From NCBI GenBank assembly GCA_964016885.1, contig OZ024740.1, forward strand, positions 336,040,001 to 336,104,000: a DNA stretch of 64,000 bases. Direction: 5' to 3'. Each line of letters starts with the position of its first letter. Position 1 is the stretch's first letter. This document shows positions 12,554 to 26,425 of this stretch, one piece after another. Source of the stretch: Eledone cirrhosa. Its lineage: Eukaryota. A program made the position numbers and the translations under genes. Below the pieces are notes generated by a model. It was given only the letters and a program-made list of their open reading frames with translations, was not told where the DNA came from and searched no databases.

Positions 12554-13303
12554 ATATATATGCGTACGAACTTCTGTATGTTTTCTACTTTTTATTTATT
12601 TTTTCTAGTGTTACTTTATAATTGATAACTCCTCCCTCTTATTTTCTCTTTGACTTAATTTTTATTCTTATATATTATTTCATTTTCATATTTTATATTT
12701 TTATATCTGTATCGACCTTCAGTCTGACACTGCTTTGACTGATACACTCCCTTCCCTGTATATATCACATACATGTATGTGGTTGCGCGTGTGTGTATGT
12801 TTATACGCGTGCGTCTTTTCATCCTTGTATGTGTATATATTTCAATCCATACATATATTAATATCCTATTGAATTCTTAAACACGTGGTTAAAATACCTA
12901 ACAGGCTTCAATGACCAGTGTATATTATTTTATATTTTACGATGACCTCCCCTTCCCTTTTGGGGACAGTGTGAATTTTCTTTTTGAAGGACTGCTGGCT
13001 TTTCAAATTTAGTTGTCCTTCTAGCACTGACGGAAACCATCACTAATTATTAATATCGATGTAATTTTTTATATCGATATTGCATGGGCATCCAGTGCGC
13101 GCGTGGCCGTGTGAACTACCAAACCTAGTAGGGATTCATTGAAGTGTGGCAGGAAGAAGGACAGCTGATGGTCAGTGTGACAATATCTATTGGTCAAAAT
13201 TTATGATGACGTAGAAAAACAACAGCCAATAGCAGGACGAGCGAACATGATGTTTTTTTACGCTAACACCCCAGTGAGAAAATTTGACCCGAAATGATTA
13301 GAA

Positions 13304-13379
13304 GTGTCCGACGAACCTGCAGATCCAGAATCAGACAGATCCACACAATGATCGTGTCTCGGCGAAACAATTGTAACAC
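13304..13379 (+). ncRNA. Type I hammerhead-like motif (family D) at the 3' end of the PLE remnant
   Basis: GTGT-CCGACGA-..-GGC-GAAAC-AATT-GTA-ACAC; followed by a tail shared with 61665-61905, then (TA)n. Confidence 0.6.
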
Positions 13380-13415
13380 ACAAAAAATTGAGTTCAGATG
13401 CATCACTGATCTTTC

Positions 13416-13493
<78 letters not shown>

Positions 13494-13500
<7 letters not shown>

Positions 13501-13822
13501 ATGCTTTGGGAGCGTCATGTTGCCAATAAGAAACACACGCTCCAGTGCTTTCACTCCAATTTATTATAAATAAAATTTATAAATTTCCGGTTGGTTGGTT
13601 GGTTCCATAACCGGACGGTTGTTCATATGTTGTCAAAGTTCTTTCGTCACACATTCTGTGACCTCTTCAGTGACTGGGATTCTTTTCTTTGTTTATGTGC
13701 CTCTCCTTTGTTCTGTCCTACGCCATCTTGTTTTGGCAACATGACCCTCCCAAAGCATAACAATATCGGTTTCAACACACGTTTTCAGATAAAGAATCTT
13801 GCTAAACAAATTCAGAAACGAA

Positions 13823-13824
<2 letters not shown>
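13494..13824. mobile_element. Family B pLTR-like element with short inverted repeat; HHR on - strand at 13632-13674
   Basis: GTCA-CTGAAGA-GGTCACAGAATGTGTGAC-GAAAGAACTT-TGAC (reverse complement); inverted TTGGCAACATGACCCTCCCAAAGCATAACAATA; flanked by (TA)n. Confidence 0.8.
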
Positions 13825-13867
<43 letters not shown>

Positions 13868-13946
13868 AGAGAGAGAGAGTGCGTTCAGGTTTGCTTGAAT
13901 AATTGTGGAATATGATTAACAGTCAGTCTCTCTCTCACTCTCTCCC

Positions 13947-14025
<79 letters not shown>

Positions 14026-14112
14026 GAGTTAAACAAGATTCAATGAGTATATCAAATAATGAGTTTTACAGTAGATTAGAAGCACTCTACGAAAATAATT
14101 TTCCAGAGTTAT

Positions 14113-14394
14113 TAATATTAAAATACAAATATTAATAAAATAGATGTTCTTTTGATCAATTACATTTTATTATACATATTTCGGATGTACAACAGTACGT
14201 CCTCATCAGACAAAATATAATGATACATGACATACCCTGAGATTACTACCTTGATTAAATCTTAACCATTTAACATCTCAGGGTATGTCATGTATCATTA
14301 TATTTTGTCTGATGAGGATGATCTGTTGTACATCCGAAATATGTATAATAAAATGTAATTGATCAAAAGAACATCTATTTTATTAATATTTGTA

Positions 14395-14402
<8 letters not shown>
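14113..14402. mobile_element. Foldback element with ~130-bp arms, each carrying an HHR (14165-14215 on -, 14303-14353 on +)
   Basis: Arms 14113-14244 and 14276-14402; TTTTGT-CTGATGA-GGATG/CATCC-GAAA-TATGTATA-ATAAAA. Confidence 0.85.
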
Positions 14403-14451
<49 letters not shown>

Positions 14452-14737
14452 TCAGCTGGCTGGCACATCATTACATTTTACAATGAATACGTTTGTGTAG
14501 AACAAGAGGAAAGCGGAAGCGGAGGAGAGTTGCATTTATTCTTTTTATATATCTATATATCTCAAGAAATTTCTTCCGTCAACTGTATTCTTCTATTTCC
14601 TTTAGCTGCAATCTTCAGAATTTCTCATCTCCGCCATCACTACCACTACAACCACACCTATCCCCCTCCATGCTCATACTCACAATTCCTGCAATACTCT
14701 CCTATCCCACATACCCCCACACCACACCCTCTTAATC

Positions 14738-15023
<286 letters not shown>

Positions 15024-17127
15024 GCTTCCTTCCTTCCTGCCTGCTTGCTTGATTCTTTTTAAAAAGAGGAAATCAGTAATGCAGAAATAAACTTTCCAGT
15101 GAAACATGGAGAGAAAGGCAAAAAATAATAATAATGATAATAATTGATATGGAAAAAAAACATAAAGGAAATAGTTATTTTAACGATACACATTTTTCTT
15201 AAGTACACTCCTTGATATTTTTGTTGTTTTTTCTTGGTTTTGCGATGTTGTTGTTTTTTTTACTTGTTATTTATTGTTGTTTTGGGGGAATTTTTTATCT
15301 TCCAAAACCTAAAAAAAAAATATTTCCTGACATCGATCTTTGTCATTTTAATTATCTTAGTAGTTGTCTAATCATTAAATTCTTTATTTATAATTTTTCT
15401 TCTGTTGCATATTAATTTTATATCTTTTTATGTTTTGTTTTTGTTGGTGTTGTATTTTTTTTTTTGGGGGGGGGGGCAATTCTGACCTCTACCATTAAGG
15501 CTTCTGCGCTTATTGGTTAAATCGAGTGTTTAGCTTGTGATATCATTTAATCTCTCATTAGGCCTATTACTACAGTACTACAGTACTACACGGTGTAGAG
15601 TACCTCCCACTTTCACCCTCACGGAGAATTGAAGCACATCACTTAATAGCAGTGAACTTAATTCGATGATACACTACATACACTACACTACACACACATA
15701 CACTCACTTACACTCACATACACATACACACATACACACGGACACACACATACATACAGTGGCACACATGAGAACAAACATGCACACACAAACAAAAACG
15801 TGAGAGCATCTATATGGTTAGTCGATCTGCTAGAAATAGAAACTAATTAACTCTCAGATCACTGTATTAGAAAAAGAAGATTACATTAGATCATCTATTT
15901 CAAAAAAAACTAATATACCAAGCTACAAGACAACGTTGGAAGCAAAAATAACAGAGCATAAATTTAATTTGCGATAGCACTAACACAGTGTGATTCAATG
16001 TAAAGAGGTATGTGGACTCATATACAGTAGTCACGTATATAAGGGTGTAAACACACCTATATACAGTATTCACATATATAAAAGCATATATGAACCCATA
16101 TATATTACTCAGCGTGATGCTATATGTATTCTATAATACATAAATATATTCTATATAGGTCCATATGCGCCATTATTCCCATATAAAGTGCACCATATGA
16201 ACTAAATGCACTCAAGCTGCAGGTCAAATTAACATTATATCGACGAGCTCTTAACAGAAAGTATTACATATATTTCATCTAATCATGAAATAACTGTAAT
16301 AAAGTATTACAAAAAAATTTACTTCATCCACAACAAAAGGCTGCAAGCTGCTGAGCAAAACATCAAATGTCTATTATAATTTACAACATTCTATGAAAAC
16401 ATAAAAGTTGTAATTTTATGTCTGTCGGCGGTTGACCATGTATGTTAAAGAAACCAAGTATTGCAGCACATTAATATTACATAACACAAAACAATGTATG
16501 AGTGAAAAAATATTAGTTCATCATATAATAATCTTGTATAAAATTGTAAAAGTAGTAGATTAATTAATATAGCTAAATTAGAAGCAAAATAGAGTAAGAT
16601 GTTAAAACAAATAGAACATCCTATTAGTAAACTGAGGCTACTTTCTATATGTGGAAAGAAAGCTGAAATTTCTAGTTCTGAAATAACATCTTCATCATTG
16701 ACACAATATCAACCCCATAGGCTTTCCATGGGCTGAAACATTCATGGGCTGACTAAGATACTCTCTTGGATTGACCAAATGTGGTTTATTTGTAAACATA
16801 GTGCATAGAAAGAAACGATGCAGTTATTAATACGAATAGTTGAAATTAATGCATGCAAGATTTCACAGCTTTAGCATCACTCCTTCATAGTCAGCCTAAG
16901 AACGTTTCAGCCGACCCTCGAACAGCTTATCTAATCAAGCTGTAAACCATGAGAGATGCTTAACAGCGAAACTCCCACTGTCCTATCTTTAGAAAGGGGA
17001 AAAAGCATATTAAATGATTGAGTAGGAAATAATCTTCAATAATAGGATTGTCAGAGCTAAACTGAAAGGGAACACGTTTGAGTAGTTAACTCCTGGTAAT
17101 AAATATGTGCGTATGCACATATATATT

Positions 17128-17318
17128 ATGTGCCAATCTCTACGGCATTTGCCTTTCCCTTGGATAACGTCAGTGGCGTGGAGAGGGGAGACTACTATGC
17201 ATGGGCGACTGCTGGTCTTCCACAAACAACCATGCCCGGACTTGCGCCTCGGAGGGGAACTTTCTACGTGCAAATCCAAGGGTCATTCGCGATCGAAGGG
17301 AGGCTTTATCCTTTACCC
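17128..17318 (+). mobile_element. SINE 3' portion
   Basis: Homologous to 48265-48430 (GCCTTTCCCTTGGATAAC..GGAACTTTCTA..GGTCATTC..CGAAG). Confidence 0.65.
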
Positions 17319-17331
17319 TATATATATACAT

Positions 17332-17462
17332 AGGCTTCCTGGTGATTTCTCCCGAATGAAACAGTTCTAGTCCTGTAGAAGCTTTTTCTATATTAAATAT
17401 TTATACTCTGCTATGTATTGAGTAACTTACTTACTGTGGTTACCCCCGATTGACCCGGGATA
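17332..17462 (+). mobile_element. Family C pLTR-like fragment
   Basis: CGAATGAAACAGTTCTAGTCCTGTAGAAGC...TTACCCCCGATT matches 3880-3985. Confidence 0.6.
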
Positions 17463-17475
17463 AACACACACACGC

Positions 17476-17499
17476 ATATATATATATGCACATATATAT

Positions 17500-17557
<58 letters not shown>

Positions 17558-17607
17558 TTATATATACATATATATACATTTATATATACATGTATACATA
17601 TGTACAT

Positions 17608-17703
<96 letters not shown>

Positions 17704-18129
17704 ATATGTATATATCATATATCAGTATATATATGTATGTATGTGTTTTTGTGTGTGTGTATGTATGTATGTATATCCATACATCCAAAAATTGTATACA
17801 TATACGAGACTTTTCTTTAAAGAAATTTATTAAACGGTCGAGCGAATCTTATTTCAATAACGTAATTATTTTTTCACGTAATTTCTTGCTAACTTGTCTT
17901 TGTGGTTATGGTGTGGGAGAGAGGGGGGATAAGAATAAATTAAGTAGATACTTATCAATACTCTCTGGTGGTAAATTGTCAAAGAATCTTTATTTATCCT
18001 ACGAAAATGTGTGTGTGTGCGTGTGCGTGTGTATGCGTAAATATATGCGTGTAAATATATGCGTGTATATATATAATTATATATATATATGTACATATAT
18101 ATATATATATATATATATGTGTATGTATG

Positions 18130-18228
<99 letters not shown>

Positions 18229-18296
18229 TATGCATATATATATACATATTTATATTTATATATGTAATATACATTATATATAATATACATAATATA

Positions 18297-18329
<33 letters not shown>

Positions 18330-18528
18330 GTAATATACATTATATATATAATATACATAATATATATATATATATATATATAATATACATATATATATTT
18401 ATATATATATACAGATAATACAAACATACATATTATATATATATATATATATATAATATAATATACATATATATATATATATAATATACATATATATATG
18501 ATATACATATACATATATATATATATAA

Positions 18529-18561
<33 letters not shown>

Positions 18562-18574
18562 CATATATAATATA

Positions 18575-18608
<34 letters not shown>

Positions 18609-18690
18609 CATGTATAATATACATATATATATATACATATATATATATATACATGTATAATATACATATATATATACATATACATATATG
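17476..18690. repeat. Compound (TA)n/(TG)n/(GA)n microsatellite region
   Basis: Direct observation; a short unique insert lies at about 17790-18005. Confidence 0.85.
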
Positions 18691-18842
18691 TACAGTCACA
18701 CGGATTGCAGAACATACTCTCATACGTGTAGATATAAGTCACATAAACATTATTTGAAATCATCTGCAGCAGCTGTAAATTTCTTCATTAGAGAAATGTT
18801 TGATATTTGTTCATCTCTTTCATTCACATATTTGTTTTATAT

Positions 18843-18896
<54 letters not shown>

Positions 18897-19354
18897 TATT
18901 GTTATTTGTTTTACATTTTCTTACTTTCTGTATATTTCCCTTGCGATTTCCAGATGACACAGAATTACCAAATATGGTAAAATTGCAGAACTGATCTTAG
19001 TAGAAATTAAATAAACATATATTTTGTTATTATTTTTTGTAAAAAATAAAAGAAAACATAGAATTAATAATAATCATAATTAAATCAAACAAGGAAACAT
19101 CAGACATAATTATTCTATCTAGTGTAACCTTTAGACACTAATGCAGCTTGTGTATTTGAGATTAGTATAAAAGTGATGTTTTGATGTTCATGTACTTTCC
19201 ATTATCGATTAAATGAATTTTATAACTCGCACCTATTCAGGTTAGGTTAGTTATGTACGAGGTTGCAATTCATAGAAAGTTTCTTGGATGATGGGGGCCT
19301 AGTCTTAACATGAAACGCAACGAGAGCTATAACGACATGTTCAGAGACGCAATG

Positions 19355-19432
19355 AGCTACCCAGTCCAGGATACAAACCTATGATCTTATGTTAATGAGT
19401 CCGACACCCTAACCACTAGTCTATGCTTCTTC
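19355..19432 (-). mobile_element. tRNA-derived SINE head
   Basis: Reverse complement shows A-box-like TAGACTAGTGG-TTAGGGTGTCGGACTC and B-box-like GGTTTGTATCC. Confidence 0.5.
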
Positions 19433-20935
19433 GCCATTAACAATGTACGTACAGCATAGCGGTTTCAATTGACAATCGAGACACAGGTGAAAGTGCAGTC
19501 ACCACTGTAATACAAATACAGGGTTTAGTTGTATTCACCTTCCTATTCACAAGGGACCAAACACAGAGTGCAATGAGCTTTGAATCTGAGCCCCATATCT
19601 AATATAGATATTTCTGTCATCATTTAGTCTAAAGAAAGATAGTACTAATAACCTTGACATGCCTCTTCAAACTGATTACATTTCTAAAGATTCGCCACAC
19701 GAAACTACAGTAAACTGTAACTTCCTTAATATATGTGTAATGTGTAAGTGTGTGTGTGGGTGTGCGTGTGTCTGTCTGTCTGTTTGTGTATGTGTATGTG
19801 CGTGGGCGTGTGTGTGTGTGTGTTAGAGAGAGAGAGAAAGATTATAGGTTCCCGCAAAGCTTACATCTACTTCACAAACCAGTGGTCAACCCACGGCTAC
19901 AGTAGAAGACACGAGCCGAAACAAATTCGTAACCATATAGCCATGCCTGTACAATATTTCAATTTAAAGAAAGAACCAGCTCAGTGCAGGTGCTACCACC
20001 TTACCTTCCAGTTCTAACATCCTGGATGTTGTTTGATCAAAGGTGCGATGAATGAAAGATTGTCTGTGCCTGCACGTGACTGCAGGGGTAACTAAAACCT
20101 CGATCGAAAGCATGGTGGCTACAACCAAGTAATACACGATTCAAAAAATTTGATAGTATATGAATAAACATTGTTGTCCCTGATTGAGACGAATTGAGAA
20201 AACTCATCACTAGAAAAGCCATTAAAACAACCAAAAGATGTCAATGACAGCGATGAGCAAACATGTCTCAGATTACAGTGATAACTGCCTGTGGTCGACA
20301 GATGAGAGAAACCACGAGATGGGTGACAAGCAGATGAAATATAGAAAAAATTGAAAGAGGAAGACAAAGAGAAGTGTGTATATATGATGTATTTAATCAC
20401 GCACTAAGCAACTGAACGATAAATACTTCTCTGTAGAGAAACAATATATTATTTAACCGAAGCTGTGTAAATCTGGAAATAAATACATTGACATATGCAA
20501 ACATATCTTATACTATATATTATATATGTATCTCTCCGTGGGCCGAAAACGTGTGAAGGAAATGATTTGAGTTTCTACTATAATTCAAATTATCATATAC
20601 ACCTTTCTCTGTCCATAGAGAAATACGCCACTAATAGCTTTATAAGACCTCCAAATATGGTTCCACCAGTGAAATTGCAATTCCAATTTGCAAATTATTG
20701 GCTCATACGGTGGTACCTATGTCAGTTATGTATTAAATAGTGTACAAAGCAGTGCAGAAATACGATAAATAAACAGCTGTGCTGAAATGGTACGGGATTT
20801 AAACGGTCCACGGAGAAAAACTTTTACATATGTCAGTGGATTTATTCATAAACTACGCAGTCTCAGATAATTCTTCTACTGCTATGAATGTATCGTTTAT
20901 CACACCCACACATACAGTTGTGTATGTATATATAT

Positions 20936-21653
20936 ATATTGTTATACTTTGGGAGGGTCATGTTGCCAATAAGAAACACACGCACCATTTACTTTCACTT
21001 CAATTTATTTTAAATTAAATTTATAAATTTCCGGTTGGTTGGTTGGTTCCACAACCAGACGATTGTTCATATATTGTCAAAGTGGTTTCGTCACACATTC
21101 TGTGACCTCTTCAGTGACTGGGGATTCTTTTCTTTGTTTTTTGTGCCTCTCCTAGAAAGCATGAATGGAATAGTACCATCACAACTTACAATTAAGGACA
21201 AAATGAAAACACACACACACACATAGAACAAACAACCAACCAGTAACATGTAAATAAACAAATAAATAAACAAATATAAACACACACAGACACCCGGATG
21301 TAACACATGCGCAAACTAAGCACACAACACACACAAAAACAAGATGGCGTAGGACAGAACAAAGGAAAGGCACAAAAACAAAGAAAAGAATCTCCAGTCA
21401 CTGAAGAGGTCACAGAATGTGTGACGAAAGAACTTTGACAATATATGAGCAATCGTCTGGTCGTGGAACCAACCAACCAACCGGAAATTTATAAATTTCT
21501 AAATTTACAAATTTAATTTATAATAAATTGAAGTGAAAGCAGCTGGTGCGCGTGTTTCTTATTGGCAACATGACCCTCCCAAAGTATAACAATATCGGTT
21601 TCAACACACGTTTTCAGATAAAGAATCTTGCTAAACAAATTCAGAAACGAAAT
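20936..21653. mobile_element. Family B element with inverted pLTR arrangement; HHRs at 21076-21118 (-) and 21397-21439 (+)
   Basis: Left arm 20936-21151 is the reverse complement of about 21365-21593; GTCA-CTGAAGA-GGTCAC..GTGAC-GAAA..TT-TGAC; ends ACGAAAT then (TA)n. Confidence 0.85.
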
Positions 21654-21683
21654 ATATATATATATATATATGTTTGTTTCTGT

Positions 21684-21729
<46 letters not shown>

Positions 21730-21752
21730 ACAGAAACAAATACACTCACTAG

Positions 21753-21812
<60 letters not shown>

Positions 21813-21994
21813 TGTATGGGAATATGTATATATATATATACATATGTGTGTGAGTGTGTGCACGTATATATATATTTATATATAAAATTTCAAGTTATCA
21901 ATAATGTAGTGATAATATATCGTCACGTTAGAGATGAACAGCGTACGTGTAGGTTTGCTCAACGAGTATAAATTATATTCCGGAGAAAATGTAG

Positions 21995-23277
21995 AAAAGA
22001 TGTATATAAAATGAAAGTGCTTTAATAAAGGAATGTATTAGGTATTGACATATGTTTCTGTAACAGACGGAATACCTATGTATCGCTGCTTGCGTAATCA
22101 TATAATGTTAGCATGTATTCGATAGCAAATGTATAATCAGTTGTCACTTCTTCAGAGATATTGGATAAATTGGAAAAAGTCAGAAAATTAAAGTATTTAT
22201 ATTAGTTGTAAGAAAGGAAGAAGAGAAGGGATAGTATATGACAGATAACAATTCAATTTGGTGGTAAACAAGTATATAGAAGGTTTCTAATGAGAATACA
22301 ATGAGTATATGGCTTATTTTATCTAAATAAGAATTTTCGGGAGTGCCTATTTTAATCTATATTTGACCAATTGAACAATGGACAGGGCTGGTCGTTTGGT
22401 AGACAAGGCTTGGCAGCTGCGCGAAAATAACCAACAATTTAACCTAAAATGGGATATAATAGCGGCTGCCCCTGCATATCTAAGGACAGGAATTTTGTAA
22501 ATTGTGTAATATGGAAATATTTTGTATTATGAAATCCACAAATATTTTATTAAATAACAGAATAGAGCGATCGTTATACTGTAACCATCGCTTGAAATCT
22601 ACATTTACATATTACAAACGCTACCAGGATTGAACGCCTGTCTCCATCTCCGTTTGATTGTCAAAATACATATTAACATTCTCTATTAGTCTTAATTCTA
22701 TCAACTCTTCTATGCTTTACCATTTAATATAAACTGCTATAGATAAAATGAGATTTCTTGATTCAATTCCCTAATACATATACCAGCAGGCTACCAGCAT
22801 TGTTGTTATACAGTAGCAGTGAAAATCTCTCTCTTCCTTACTTGACACTTTATATCTGTATTAATACTGCTACACCAAACGACCAGCCCTGTCCATTGTT
22901 CAATTGGTCAAATATAGATTAAAATAGGCACTCCCAAAAATTTTTATTTAGATAAAATAAGCCATATACTCATTGTATTCTCATTAAAAATCTTCTATAT
23001 ACTTGTTTACCAGCAAATTGAATTGCCATCTGTCATATACTATCACTTCTCTTTTTCCTTTCTTACAACTAATATAAATACTTTAATTTTTCTGATTTTT
23101 TCCAATTTATCCAATATCTCTGAAGAAGTGACAACTGATTATACATTTGCTATCGAATACTTGCTAACATTATATGATTACGCAAGCAGCGATACATAGG
23201 TATTCCGTCTGTTACAGAAACATATGTCAATACCTAATAAACCTTTATATAAGCACTTTCATTTTATATTCATCTTT

Positions 23278-23279
<2 letters not shown>
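21995..23279 (+). mobile_element. 5'-truncated Penelope-like element: inverted pLTR (21995-22400), GIY-YIG tail, pLTR (22874-23279) with HHR
   Basis: ~400-bp inverted repeat; HHR CTGAAGA(23120)-A-GTGACA..TGTTAC-A-GAAA-CATATG-TC(23228) with a mirror copy near 22043-22157; ends in (TA)n. Confidence 0.85.
22411..22633 (+). pseudogene. Neptune-type PLE GIY-YIG C-terminal remnant
   Basis: WQLRENNQQFNLKWDIIAAAPAY/(frameshift)EFCKLCNMEIFCIMKSTNILLNNRIERSLYCNHRLK. Confidence 0.8.
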
Positions 23280-23314
<35 letters not shown>

Positions 23315-23347
23315 AGTGTAATTTTCTACACAAAACGAAGGTTATAG

Positions 23348-23920
23348 AGAAAATTGAGGTTGGTAATGGCACATGGAATATATAAGAGACAGAATACTTT
23401 TTTGTGAAAAAACATAATTTTATAAGGTAAGGAAATAATAAAGGGTATAAAAAATGACCGGTTTCGATGGGTCTGCAAAAGCCATCTTTTCAAATGTTGA
23501 TTAATATTAAGAAAAATTAATAATACGAAGAGTTAAAATTTGAGATTTGAAAATTCAAGTATAAAATTCATTGTGGGATTTCATAGCAGTTTTCATCTAG
23601 GTAGCAACAACAGGTTGACTGCTGTGTCCCTTTCTGGTAGTGAATGAGCAACCTGTTGTTGCTACCTAGATGAAAACTGCTATGAAATCCCACAATGAAT
23701 TTTATACTTGAATTTTCAAATCTCAAATTTTAACTCTTCGTATTATTAATTTTTCTTAATATTAATCAACATTTGAACAGATGGCTTTTGCAGACCCATC
23801 GAAACCGGTCATTTTTTATACCCTTTATTATTTCCTTACCTTATAAAATTATGTTTTTTCACAAAAAAGTATTCTGTCTCTTATATATTCCATGTGCCAT
23901 TACCAACCTCAATTTTCTAT
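23348..23920. mobile_element. Foldback element with ~270-bp arms and an HHR in each arm
   Basis: Arms about 23348-23618 and 23649-23920; TTGAA(A/C)A-GATGG/CCATC-GAAA-CCGG-TC at 23451-23497 (-) and 23768-23815 (+); flanked by (TA)n. Confidence 0.8.
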
Positions 23921-24221
23921 ATATATATATATATATACAAATAAAGATTCAGCGAAAATCGCATTTTCGGCGGGCAGGAAAAGCGAAGCGAAACGCAAAA
24001 ATCAGAAATGATACTGGCAAAGTGTTAAGAAGCCATACAAAGGTGGTCAAGAAAGCATTAACCACCCAAACCAAAAACCAAATCAGGCTAAACAGGTCAA
24101 AACAAAATAAATGATAAAAAATAAGTGATAACCAGACATGGACTCCCGTAATTGCTGTTAAAATCCGATGTAGAGTTTCTGTGACACCTAAATATATACG
24201 TGCACACACTCACACACACAC

Positions 24222-24366
<145 letters not shown>

Positions 24367-24376
24367 CATATATATG

Positions 24377-24408
<32 letters not shown>

Positions 24409-24437
24409 AGGGGGGAGAGTTTGCCGTGGTGATATGT

Positions 24438-24513
24438 AAAATCCCGACCGTGACTCCAGGCAGTTTCAGCTTGTGTGTTCAGCCGAAACCGCTTGGCACC
24501 GCGATTGGGATTT
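24438..24513. repeat. Short imperfect foldback centred on TTTC-AGCT-loop-AGCC-GAAAC
   Basis: AAATCCCGACCGTG..GTTTCAGCT / AGCCGAAAC..CGCGATTGGGATTT between microsatellites. Confidence 0.5.
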
Positions 24514-24517
24514 GAGG

Positions 24518-24605
<88 letters not shown>

Positions 24606-24614
<9 letters not shown>

Positions 24615-25507
24615 CGTAAGATAAGAAAATATTTTTGAAAAAATTTTTAAAAAAATTTTTTTTTACTTTCTTACTTAAATTTTCACTCCAACTAATTAGT
24701 TTCTGCAATGGGATAAAGACAGTTACGTAATCCAACTGTCGAGAATTCATTGCGTCATCAGGGAGTCTATTCTCAGCTGAGTCTCCAGGCAATGCGCGGA
24801 CACTGGCGGCTCATATAAAAATAATAATAATTCGGTAGAAAGAACAGCTGGCGAGGACTGGATTCGATGTACTGAAATTCTCACTGCTTCTAGTCAAATG
24901 GCCGATTCTAAAGAATCAATCACGTGACACAGAGGCTAGTTAGAAGGAATGGGATGGTAAGATGACTGACGCCTACTAACACCCCAAAAAAAATTTAGAA
25001 GTGGTTTTGGCAGGTTTGCTCGACAAATCAGTGATTTGGAGATAAATATAGATAATTTAATATATCAACTAACATAGGCGCACAGATGCACGTCCATGCC
25101 AGCAAATACACAGGTTATGTCATAGTACCTAGGTGGTTCAATGCAGGAGGGTGCAGAACAATAATATAAAAGACGTAAGATAAGAAAATATTTTTTAAAA
25201 AATTTAAAAAAAAATTTTTTTTTTACTTACTTACTTAAATTTTCACTCCAACTAATTAGTTTCTGCAATGGGATAAAGACAGTTACGTAATCCAACTGTC
25301 GAGAATTCATTGCGTCATCAGGGAGTCTATTCTCAGCTGAGTCTCCAGGCAATGCGCGGACACTGGCGGCTCATATAAAAATAATAATAATTCGGTAGAA
25401 AGAACAGCTGGCGAGGACTGGATTCGATGTACTGAAATTCTCACTGCTTCTAGTCAAATGGCCGATTCTAAAGAATCAATCACGTGACACAGAGGCTAGT
25501 TAGAAGG
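24606..25507 (-). mobile_element. Retrozyme/pLTR-like partial tandem (560-bp period, ~1.6 units) with two HHRs
   Basis: 24606-24947 is repeated at 25165-25507; (TA)n on both sides; no credible ORF. Confidence 0.85.
24685..24766 (-). ncRNA. Type I hammerhead ribozyme (second copy 25245-25326)
   Basis: ACTCC-CTGATGA-C-GCAATG..GACAGTT/AACTGTC..CATTGC-A-GAAA-CTAATTAG-TT-GGAGT; perfect 5-bp stem I and palindromic stem III. Confidence 0.88.
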
Positions 25508-25510
25508 ATA

Positions 25511-25544
<34 letters not shown>

Positions 25545-25551
25545 TTTTTTT

Positions 25552-26425
25552 CCCGTATTCTACCTTTACTTCGTACGAACTTTCATGTAGCTTGTTTTAG
25601 ATCTTTTAGAGTTAGCATTAGTATATATTTTTTTCGGGACTCAGAATTATTATCTCGTACTAGTTCACTTTGCTGCACTGGGTGGTTGCTGGCATTGTGC
25701 CCGGGATAGAAACCTTTATTATTTATTTCGTGGTAGTCTCTTTAGTATTTTGACCCCATTTGTTGACCCGTCACCGTATCATTTACGTACTTATACCTCT
25801 TAAAAGGGTCCTTGCCTATTCCGTCCCACCTAGTTCATTTACTTATTTCGTTATTTCTTTATTTATTTCTTTACTTCTTTCTTTCTTTATTTATTTATTT
25901 ATTCTAGCCTAACAATAGCTAGAGACCTAGGTCGTAGAACTTGCTTTACCTTTTTCTTTACACTTATCCGCTTTTCTTCACTCTCAGTATTTTTTCTTTC
26001 ATATATATGTTTACCCCCCATTGTTCTACCTACCGTTCCGACTTCCTCCCCCTCCCCCTCCCCAGTATCTTCTTTGACCTCATGCCCAGCTGTAGCTGGC
26101 ACTACCAACGCTTGATTGGGTCTACTCCACCCCCTCCCCTCTTTCTCCTACTGGCAGGTCTAGCCACCATCTCCCCTACTAATTTGCAATCACAGAATTA
26201 CTACTGATTTTTGACAATCACTTTGACCATATATGGAATTACCCCTTGAGAAGATCGGCTATTTAAATACCAGGATAAATTTTCATTTAGTCCAGAATTA
26301 GCCGTCGAAACGGCTTGAGCTCAGCCGTCGGGGTCTTACTGGTTCCTATTACCCACTCTACTACCCCAAGTATTGAGTACTTTGGTGCGTTATGGTCCAC
26401 CTGGTTCCTTACCACATTTCCTTCG

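Noticed and set aside
18954-18976. Possible 23-bp microexon (TTTCCAG...ATG/GTAAAA)
   Set aside because: Splice-like signals alone are insufficient in 64 kb of AT-rich DNA.
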